Position numbers and translations under genes: made by a program
Notes under the pieces: model-generated
Seen by the model: only the letters and a program-made list of their open reading frames with translations
Database searches by the model: none
What the model was told of the DNA's origin: nothing
Shown here: piece after piece, positions 1-8,740 of the stretch
Layout: each line of letters starts with the position of its first letter
Position numbering within the stretch: position 1 is the stretch's first letter
Source: Octopus sinensis
Taxonomy: Eukaryota
Length of the DNA stretch: 15,614 nucleotides
Assembly: GCF_006345805.1 (NCBI RefSeq)
Contig: NW_021825427.1
Span: 1 to 15,614, forward strand
Direction of reading: 5' to 3'

Positions 1-488
1 TTAGAATTTAATCAAATCTTATATAAAAGTCAAAATAAGACTATTTTTATGTTATTATGTGATTAATACTTGTCGTAAATGAAATAACATAAAGTATTAA
101 ACCGACATCATTTTAAAGTGATATTATTTTAAATAATTGATGCGAGGCTGATACTAATGACAATATAGGTATTCAATGCAGGTAAAGTGATAGATAAATT
201 CACAAAAGAATGAATAAAAGTTGATAAGATATAACGGAATATAAAATATTGAATGTAGATGACAAAATATAATGAAATATACCAAATATAATAAAATATC
301 TGTGTTTGTATAAAACCAATAATAAAGATAAGGATACGAAATTATTATGAAGAAATAATGGTAAAAAGGAAAGAAGTAAAGCAAAATAAATCTATCGTTA
401 TGTTTCGAAAAGCCTGCTTGGTGGAAAACACTTCAGTTTATATACTAACTTATATTTAGATAAACAGAAAATGTTTAATATAATCGTT

Positions 489-658
489 TGAAATTTGGAG
501 GGAAGGAGTAAGTTGATTACATCGATCCCGGGGCTCAACTGGTATTTATTTCGATTGTCTCCGGTAAAGATAAAGCCAACCGCGGCACAATTTGAACCTG
601 GAGCGTGAAGAGAGGAGTGAAAAGCAGCTAAGCAATTTGCCCAGCGTTTCTAAGATTT
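489..658 (-). mobile_element. Degraded tRNA-derived SINE, family A copy 1
   Basis: Aligns by eye to the neighbouring copies: aagttgattacatcgatccc...caactggtattt...aatttgaacc...gctaagcaatttgcccagcg. Heavily diverged. Confidence 0.7.
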
Positions 659-660
659 TT

Positions 661-841
661 TTCTCCTCTAGGCACAAGGCCCGAAATTTATGGGGATGGG
701 ACCCGTCGATTAGATCGACCTCAGTACACAACTGGTACTTGATTTATCGACCCCGAAAGGATGAAAGGCAAAGTCAAACTCGGTGGAATTTGAACGTAAA
801 AACGGACGAAATACTGCTAAGCATTTCGCCCGGTGTGCTAA
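661..841 (-). mobile_element. tRNA-derived SINE, family A copy 2 (head truncated, alternative tail)
   Basis: Shares aactggtactt(g/a)atttatcgaccccgaaaggatgaaaggcaaagtc and gacgaaatactgctaagcatttcgc with copy 3. B box (GTTCAAATTCC on the minus strand) is present, but the A-box end is missing. Confidence 0.9.
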
Positions 842-844
842 AGT

Positions 845-1080
845 TTCCTATTTCCTTATTGCCCAGAAAGGGCTAAACACAGAGGGGACAAACAAGGACA
901 TACAAACGGATGAAGTCGATTACATCGACCCCAGTGCGTAACTGGTACTTAATTTATCGACCCCGAAAGGATGAAAGGCAAAGTCGACCTTGGCGGAATT
1001 TGAAGTCAGAACGTAACGGCAGACGAAATACTGCTAAGCATTTCGCTCGGTGCGCTAACATATCTGCCAGCTCGCCGCCT
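845..1080 (-). mobile_element. Near full-length tRNA-derived SINE, family A copy 3
   Basis: Reverse complement starts aggcggcgagctggcaga (A-box region) and has the central gcctttcatcctttcggggtcgataaattaagtaccag block, which I recall as Deu/Nin-domain-like. It also has the gtcgatgtaatcgac hairpin and a tail matching the 5458 and 15010 copies. Confidence 0.93.
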
Positions 1081-1148
1081 CAATGGTGTGTATAACACAA
1101 AATATATCGATTCCAAATCTTGGTACAGTAATATATGGTTAAGAGGTA

Positions 1149-1310
1149 CGTTGACTACATGGACAGCAGTACCTGTCTTGTACTTCTTTTATCAACCCCG
1201 AATGGATGAAAGGCAATTTCGACCTCGGCCAAATTTGATCTCAGAACCTAAAGACGGACGAAATGCCACGAAGAGTCTGGAATGCTAACGATTCTTCTTG
1301 CACGCCGCTT
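1149..1310 (-). mobile_element. Degraded tRNA-derived SINE, family A copy 4
   Basis: ttttatcaaccccgaatggatgaaaggcaatttcgacctcggccaaatttgatctcagaac...gacggacgaaat...gctaacgattct aligns with copies 2 and 3. Confidence 0.85.
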
Positions 1311-1703
1311 TAGTAGTTTTTACATATAAGTGACTAACGAAACAATGTAACATTTAAAACACGAAGTGTCGGTTTACTTGAGCAGAAAGTTTAGCAATGC
1401 TTATATTTACTCTTCCTTAACAGTGAAAACTGTTATCAAATAAGGCGTTCATTATGTGAAGCTCGCAGGCATTGAGGTTAAAATTTTACGAGAATGAATT
1501 ACTTTAAAGATCAAAAGGAACGGAAAATTACCTTTTAAAAGAAAAACAAAATCAAACTGATACTGTATTAGGGGCGGAGGAGATGTTCTCCTGTCGAGAT
1601 AATGTTAACGTCAGAGAGGAGCTTAGAATTACGCTATTTGTGTAAAATGAGTAAATATATAATGTGTCAATTCTTCGAGAGGAATAAGGCGGGAAATTGA
1701 ATG

Positions 1704-1756
1704 CTCTGTTTACTAGTTCCAATCATTGGATTGTGGCCATGCAGCAGCACCGCCTA
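1704..1756 (-). mobile_element. Isolated retroposon 3' tail fragment (SINE tail or very short LINE end)
   Basis: Reverse complement ggcggtgctgctgcatggccacaatccaatgattggaactag resembles the LINE 3' UTR at 5344-5384, with 17 of the first 20 nt identical. Confidence 0.7.
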
Positions 1757-1838
1757 AAACAACACTATCACAGTATGTAAAGTCATTTTAAGTCTGTTAC
1801 AAAAAAAAAAAGAAACCGAAGCGCATCCTACAAATGAC

Positions 1839-2019
1839 TGTACATGTGTATGTATATTTGTGTGTATGAGTGTATGTATGCAAGTATATGTATGTATATG
1901 TATATGTGTATCTATGTATATCTATGTATGTATGAGTGTATGTATGTATGCATATATATGTATGTATATATGTATGGATGCATATATATCTATGAATGTA
2001 TGCATGTATATGTATATAT
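1839..2019. repeat. Compound (TATG)n/(TG)n/(TA)n microsatellite
   Basis: Directly visible; similar tracts at about 2290-2408 and 2492-2665. Confidence 0.95.
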
Positions 2020-2182
2020 GAAATATAATTAAGGGCTCCTAAATAAGGATGCCAAGTGCTGGGGACACAAAAAGAGGATAAACTTATCGAGAGTGAAAAT
2101 CCAAGTTTATCTCGATAAGTTTATCCTCTTTTTGTGTCCCCAGCACTTGGCATCCTTATTTAGGAGCCCTTAATTATATTTC
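2020..2182. repeat. Perfect inverted repeat: 73-bp arms, 17-nt spacer
   Basis: 2020-2092 is the exact reverse complement of 2110-2182; spacer gtgaaaatccaagttta. Confidence 0.97.
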
Positions 2183-2427
2183 TACATGAATAATATTTTT
2201 CTATATGAATAATATTTTGTCTAATGACTAATTCGTCTTTTGTGCTGATCCACTGGTAGTAATCTATATTATTACCCTTTTGTTATAATATATGTATGCT
2301 TATATATGTATGCACGTGTGTATGCAAATATATGCATGTACGTGTGTGTATGTATGTGTATGTTTGCATGAGTGTATGTGTGTATATATGCATGTATATG
2401 TATGTATGTTTAATTTAAGTTTTTCAG

Positions 2428-2470
2428 AGAATTCGAGTCGGTTGCCAACAAAACAAGAAGACTTTTGGAG
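2428..2470 (+). CDS. Candidate 43-nt internal exon of an unidentified host gene
   Basis: Acceptor tttaatttaagtttttcag|A and donor GAG|gtaaga. A unique-sequence island between microsatellites, open in all three frames (e.g. EFESVANKTRRLLE). No homology recognised. Confidence 0.4.
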
Positions 2471-3634
2471 GTAAGAGAGTTTCCGGTGTAGGTATGTATG
2501 TACTTATGTATATATGTATGTATCTATGTATGTATATCTCTGCATATTAATATGTATGTATGTATGTATATATGTATGTATATATGTATGTATGTATATA
2601 TATGTATGCATGTGTGTATGCAAATATATGCATGCATGCATGTATGTGTATGTGTGTGTATGCATATTAAACATAAATTGCTAGAATATTCTCTGTCTCC
2701 TCTGTCCGGCAATGAGCATTTCTTGATTTCATTCATTTCCTTAAGGAAAACAAAACAAAAACAATAGAACAAAACCGAAAAAAATACATACATTACACGA
2801 AAACCGATTTAGTAAAGTACACGGCTGTACTCAAACTGCACCTCGGTGTTGAACAGGGAGTGTCAAGTCAATTTGTTTGCACACGGTTCTTCGAGGTTTA
2901 AACGTCTAAGATCACACAACCGTATTCAATAACGGGAAATATAAATAAATATAACAAAAACCAAACGACACCTCAATGTATGAACGTGTGTGTCTGTGTA
3001 TGGTTGTGTTTGTGTGTGAGTGATTCTGTGTGCCTGTGTGTGTATTTCACAGATAATCTTTAACAAATGACCAATTCTTGAGATACGGTTTTTTTCCAGA
3101 TATTTTGAAAAAAAAAAAAAAACGATAAAAAAACCAAGAGAGAAAATGGTTACTTGTCCGACTTCACTTTCCGAGTTACTGCATTATTTTTAATTAGATA
3201 TTTTATCTTCTTTCACACATGCTTGATTTCAGAAATTAAAATGTATTTTAATGGATGTTTTGAAGGAATACGCCGCGCCTTCCACGCCTCCGAACCCAGC
3301 GAGAAAAAGGACCATTAAAATTGGAACAATCAGACGAAACAATATTACAAATAAACTTTAGTATTGTCAATAGCAAAATGATAATTACTTCTTTTCTCCT
3401 TTCGTATAAATAAAAGAAAAATATCCAACAAAAACAAAAATTAAATATACAAAATAGCAATACAATTAAGAAATACATACATATGGACACACACAAGCAC
3501 ACACACATTCTCATACACACATATTCACACACCCACACTCACGTACACTATATATATGTACGTATGCGTGTATGTGTGTATGTATCACAGCTCTTTTTAT
3601 TCAATGAAGTTAGAGAGTGAAGACGCTACCTTAC

Positions 3635-3672
3635 CTGACATTAATGGCCAGAAATATTATTAAAAGACAGAT
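3635..3672 (-). CDS. Candidate 38-nt exon encoding a hydrophobic stretch (ICLLIIFLAINV)
   Basis: Minus strand: attcaattttccgttttctcgcag|ATCTGT...GTCAG|gtaagg. Only one frame is stop-free. Confidence 0.4.
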
Positions 3673-3856
3673 CTGCGAGAAAACGGAAAATTGAATCCAG
3701 GTTCAGTGAAGGAAGAATAATCCAATAGCTGTGATTCCGTTTCCAATTTCATTCTCTGTGTATATGTCTGTCGACTTGTTGCATCGTTCCAATTTTGGAT
3801 CGATTCCACGATTTATGCTTTGAGATTGCTTCACAATCCTATTAGAAAACAATGTA

Positions 3857-3857
<1 letters not shown>

Positions 3858-3887
<30 letters not shown>

Positions 3888-3985
3888 TGTATGTATGTAT
3901 GTATGTATGTATGTATGTATGTATGTATGTATGTATGTATGTATGTACGTATGTATGTATGTATGTTTCTATCTATCTATCTATC
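3858..3985. repeat. (TATG)n followed by short (TCTA)n microsatellite
   Basis: Near-perfect TATG run 3858-3965. Confidence 0.97.
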
Positions 3986-3986
3986 T

Positions 3987-4088
3987 CCCCCAGAACTTAT
4001 TCTTTATATGCCTAGTACTTACTCTATCGGCCACTTTTGCCGTACGGGGACGTAAACATGCCGACATCGGTTGTTTCACACACACACA

Positions 4089-4120
<32 letters not shown>

Positions 4121-4270
4121 GACGGTCTTCTTTCAGCTTCCGCCTGCCAAATACACTCAGAAGGCCCAAGACTATAGCAGAAGATACTTGACCAAGGTGC
4201 TAAGCAGTGGGACTGAACCCGGACCATGTGCTTGTGAAGTAAGCTTCTTACCACACAGCTACGGCTGCGG
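3987..4270 (-). mobile_element. tRNA-derived CORE-type SINE (family B) with internal (TA)/(TG) microsatellite, tail missing
   Basis: Minus strand reads tagctgtgtggtaag (A box), gggttcagtccc (B box), then caccttggtcaagtatctt (like the CORE/MIR ccttgggcaagt motif). An internal microsatellite and ...gatagagtaagtactaggc...aagaataagttctgggg follow. Confidence 0.85.
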
Positions 4271-4271
4271 C

Positions 4272-4272
<1 letters not shown>

Positions 4273-4302
<30 letters not shown>

Positions 4303-4303
4303 A

Positions 4304-4342
<39 letters not shown>
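4273..4342. repeat. (TA)n microsatellite
   Basis: Directly visible. Confidence 0.97.
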
Positions 4343-4346
<4 letters not shown>

Positions 4347-4385
4347 CCAATTCACCGCCTTCTCTCTCTCTATATATATATATAT

Positions 4386-5324
4386 GCCCGTATAGCCACT
4401 CCGGCCAGCTATGCAGACGATACGAAAGTCTCGCAGAAAATACAGAACCCCAGCGATGTTGCACACATGCAGCAGGAGTTGGACTCAATCTACAGATGGG
4501 CTGAGGATAATAATATGCAGTTTAATGCTGAAACATTCCAGGCCCTGCGCTACCAGCATCCAAAACTGAATATTAAACTTACAGGATACGCCGGTCCACA
4601 GGGAATTTCAATCCCAGAGCCTAAGTCTGTGAGAGACCTGGGTATCGACATGAGTGATGATACCTCTTTCCAAGTGCACATTACCAGCATGGCGACAAAG
4701 TGCAGACGACTGGCTGGGTGGATCCTAAGAACATTCAGAACCAGAGATAAGGAAACCATGATGGTCCTCTAGCGGACATTCGTCCACAGCCGCCTTGATT
4801 ACTGCTCACAGCTATGGTCACCCACCAGTGTAAAATTAACAGCGGACCTTGAAGCAATCCAGAGAAGATTCATAAAGAAGATCGTCTCTTTGCAACAGCT
4901 CGGCTACTGGGAAAGGTTGAAACAGCTAAGACTCTACTCCCTGGAGAGAAGACGGGAGATGTATGCAGTAATATATGTCTGGAAGATCCTGGAAGGAATT
5001 GTGCCAAATTTTGGCATTGTAAGCTACACCAATGCTAGAACGGGACGACAGTGCATAGGGCCAAAGATACCAGCAATGCCATCACGCTTCAGGACCATCT
5101 TCTGCAACAGCCTGGGTTTCAAGGGCCCACAGCTTTTTAATATTCTCCCAAAGAGTCTGAGGAACTTGCACAAAGTAGATGTAGCGGTTTTTAAATCAAA
5201 GCTGGACATCTTCCTGTCAAGGGTCCCAGATGAACCTACCTCACGGCAAGAGGTGCAAATGAGAGTAGCTATATCAAACTCCATTCTTCACCAAGTGCCT
5301 CATATTAGACGAGGTTCTTCGTAA
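4386..5324 (+). pseudogene. LINE ORF2 (reverse transcriptase) fragment with a single in-frame TAG
   Basis: Track ORFs 4344-4772 and 4890-5324 are in the same frame. The intervening 4773-4889 reads RTFVHSRLDYCSQLWSPTSVKLTADLEAIQRRFIKKIVS. The only premature stop is TAG at 4770-4772 (plausibly from TGG), with no frameshift. Confidence 0.92.
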
Positions 5325-5394
5325 TAACAGTGTAGCACAAAACGGCGGTGCATCAGCATGGCCGCAGCTGTGATCTGAAACTAGAGAGCAACAA

Positions 5395-5405
<11 letters not shown>
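4386..5405 (+). mobile_element. 5'-truncated non-LTR retrotransposon (CR1-group LINE): RT C-terminal half, 3' UTR, A-rich tail
   Basis: RT motifs YADDTK, WAEDNNMQFN, VRDLGI, SRLDYCSQLWSP, LRLYSLERRR, FNILPKSLR and FKSKLDIFL. Short UTR, then poly(A) at about 5393-5405; (TA)n on both sides. Confidence 0.93.
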
Positions 5406-5437
<32 letters not shown>

Positions 5438-5457
5438 AGGCGGTCAATTGGCAAAAC

Positions 5458-5683
5458 GCGGCGAGCTGGCAGAATCGTTAGCACGGCGTGCGAAATGCTT
5501 AGCGGTATTTCGTCTGCCGCTACGTTCTGAGTTCAAATTCCGCCGAGGTCAACTTTGTCTTTCATCCTTTCAGGGTCAATTTAATAAGCACCACTTTCGC
5601 ACTGGGGTCGATGTAATCGACTTAATCCCTTTGTTTGTACCCTCTGTGTTTAGCTCCCCTCCCACTGTGTGCAATAATGAAAT
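5458..5683 (+). mobile_element. Near full-length tRNA-derived SINE, family A copy 5
   Basis: A-box-like TGGCAGAATCG (5467), B box GTTCAAATTCC (5531-5541), central ctttcatcctttcagggtc block, gtcgatgtaatcgac hairpin; colinear with the reverse complement of 845-1080. Confidence 0.93.
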
Positions 5684-5994
5684 ATATATATAGTATTGTA
5701 TAGGAAGAAAGATAATATTGAAACGCCGTTAGTTGAATAGGTTAGGAAGGTAAACAATGAGGATGAAATATTGTAACTGAATAGCTGAAAGGAATTTAAG
5801 TTATGAGAAGTTAAAAGTATTTAAAAATAAAACAAGAGAAGGGGGCAAAATGAAAAAGGGAATTTTATTTCATAACATAATAAACTTCACAAGCTTCAAA
5901 AAACATTCGGAGAGAATATTCTGGAAGAATTCATAAAAATCTCTTTTTCAAAAATCTCAAAAAAGCCTTGAAAATTGTTAAGTACTTCAAAGTC

Positions 5995-6080
5995 ATAAAG
6001 TTTTAAGTTTTTAAAGTTTTAAGGTTTCAGACTTTTAAAGTTGTAAAAATTTTTAAGATTTAAAGATTGAAAGTTGTTAA
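5995..6080. repeat. Degenerate ~8-bp tandem repeat (TTTTAAAG-like)
   Basis: taaagttttaagtttttaaagttttaaggtttcagacttttaaagttgtaaaaatttttaagatttaaag. Confidence 0.7.
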
Positions 6081-6229
6081 ACATAGATGGATATACAGAT
6101 AGGTAGAAAGGTAGTTGGAAAGATACGATGTACACGTGGATAGCCTTGGATAGTTGTTAGGTTACGTTTACTTTCGGATCAGGAAACTTCCTCCAAACGT
6201 TCAATCCATTTACTTTATTTGGTTATTAG

Positions 6230-6283
6230 GCTCCGGAACCCGTAGATGAATCTCCCGCCGTCGAGACTATCCCGCCATTTAAG
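6230..6283 (+). CDS. Candidate 54-nt phase-0 exon (APEPVDESPAVETIPPFK)
   Basis: Acceptor tttactttatttggttattag|G and a GC/CpG-rich body in AT-rich context; donor AAG|gttgtg is weak. Confidence 0.25.
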
Positions 6284-6393
6284 GTTGTGTGCTTTCTTCT
6301 TCATGAAGTGTGCCTGCCTTTCCTGAAGTTGACTGTGTCTCTCCTCCTACCCAGTATAAAATTAATCTCTCTCTCTCACTTTCTGTCTGCCTG

Positions 6394-6806
<413 letters not shown>

Positions 6807-7576
6807 ACCAATCTATCCGTCTATCCGTCTGTCTGACTGACTGTCCGTCTATGTATATGAACGATTCTATGTTTAGTAAATTTGTTATTAATTTTGACAA
6901 TAATTGCCAAAGCTTCTCTCTGGGAATCTGTATTCGTTTATTTACAATAATTTTAAAATTAAACGTTGAATATTCTGGAGATGCTTCAACAAAGGGAAAA
7001 TTTGCAAAATATTTACAAATAAATAATCAATATGGCGAACGATCAGAAACAATGCAAAAAAAAAAAACATTAATAAGGCATAATATATTTAAATAAGTAA
7101 AGGGAAATAATAGATTTTCAAATGTCTGCCTTCATCGATCCGTGAAGGTTCGTATTGAACGCTTTAGAATACAACAGTTGTAACGGAGAGAAAAAATATT
7201 AAATAATATAAAATATAAGCCTAATTAAAAAATATCATAATAAATAATTAGAATAAGGAAAAGGAAGAGAAATATAAATAATTATTTTTATAAATATTCA
7301 AAACTTGAAATATTCAATATACGTAAAATGAAATTAAATGCAAAAGTACGAACGCATATTTCTATGATGTTGGACAGTTTATATTCGATTGTGTATTTAA
7401 AACAGAATTAAATTTTATTGATGAAATAAAATCACAGAAGAAAACACAAAGAAACAATTACAAAAACAACAAACAACAACAAAAACAAAACAATAAACAA
7501 TAACTGAGTAATCGTTCTTTCATATTTGATCAACAAATTATCTGCAGAAGCATAAATCCTATTTTTTTCCGCTCAT

Positions 7577-7612
7577 GTACATATATATATATATGTATAT
7601 ATATATACTTAT

Positions 7613-7657
<45 letters not shown>

Positions 7658-7745
7658 CGTCTATGTGTGTATATATATACATATATATTTATACATTATA
7701 TATGTATGTATATATATTCACATAGACGTATATATATTTGTATAA

Positions 7746-7788
<43 letters not shown>

Positions 7789-7948
7789 TATGTATATATG
7801 TACATATATACGTATATATATATAATACAATATGATATATAAATATTGTATATGGAGGATATATATCTATAATATATGTGTATATATACATATACATACA
7901 TACAAACACACACACATATGTATGTGTGTATGTGTGCATGTATGTATC
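7577..7948. repeat. Compound (TA)n/(CA)n/(TG)n microsatellite
   Basis: Directly visible. Confidence 0.95.
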
Positions 7949-8168
7949 TGAATCAAAAGAATCTTCAACAGTTTCGTGAGTGTATATTCAATCTATTAAA
8001 CTATTGCGTGTAGTCTACCGATGACCACCTACTCATTACATATCCTTTCTTATCATGTATGTAAGTATGAATATATGCATGTATGTATGTATGTATGTAT
8101 TATCTCTCTCTTCCTCTCTCCCTCTCTATCCATCTATCTATCTATCTATCTGTGTGTCTGTCTGATAA

Positions 8169-8740
8169 CGTGCCCTTCAACTCAATATCCACGAACTCAG
8201 ACATCCCAAATTAAAGAAGGCTTTACAACCAAAAACCGTACCATACATCTCCACACACAACCCTCTTAACAATGAAGCCTTCGACACCATCCTTCGAAAC
8301 ATTCCCCTGCTAAAAAAGGACCATAGAATGAACTCAATCCTCCAAACATACACCATCAGGAAAAACCAAGAGACAAATCTATGAAAAGTCTCCTAAGTAC
8401 AAGCCCGAATGCGCTCAGAAGCCATCAGTAGAAAAATGCTGAAGACCCAACTGTGGAATATGCGTCAATTTAATTGAGGGATCAGAGTTCTCATCCAAAT
8501 AGCGACAACATTTCACTGTGAAAAGCAGCATTACATATACTTCGGAGAACCTGATATACGCACTAACCTGCTCTGGGTGTCAAGAGCAATACATAAGCCA
8601 AACAAAAGATAGTCTGCGTAAAAGGATGGCTCTGCACAGATCCCAGATAAAATTCCCCAAAACAGAAAAATAGCCAACAAAAATCCAAGCCTCCTAATTT
8701 TTCCCCTCTATCAATTTAGGGACGATACAATGCAGGAATC
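8169..8740 (+). mobile_element. Penelope-like retroelement remnant (Neptune-type): linker, Cys motif and GIY-YIG endonuclease
   Basis: Manual translation gives RALQLNIHELR...VPYISTHNPLNNEAFDTILRNIPLL. After a frameshift: KC*RPNCGIC...SENLIYALTCSGCQEQYISQTKDSLRKRMALHRSQIK, then LLIFPLYQF. LIY (8551-8559) and YIS (8590-8598) correspond to GIY...YIG with an intervening CxxC. Confidence 0.88.

Noticed and set aside
154-384. 76-aa minus-strand F/Y/I-rich ORF
   Set aside because: A compositional artefact of very A-rich plus-strand DNA.
592-1288. Three similar short ORFs (WYLIYRPRKDERQ) resembling a peptide gene family or repeat-spacer array
   Set aside because: They are antisense translations of SINE copies. 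There is no constant repeat/spacer periodicity and no cas genes, so this is not CRISPR.
1570-1697. GC box (ggggcggag) and E2F-like site (ggcgggaaa)
   Set aside because: Short isolated motifs expected by chance, with no promoter context.
3248-3360. GC-richer patch reading RWVRRRGRRG (minus) or MDVLKEYAAPSTPPNPARKR (plus)
   Set aside because: No convincing splice-site pair or recognisable homology, and it is not phase-compatible with the 3635-3672 candidate.
5458-5545. A and B boxes suggesting a tRNA gene
   Set aside because: I could not fold a cloverleaf, and the sequence continues into the SINE body and tail, so this is a SINE head.
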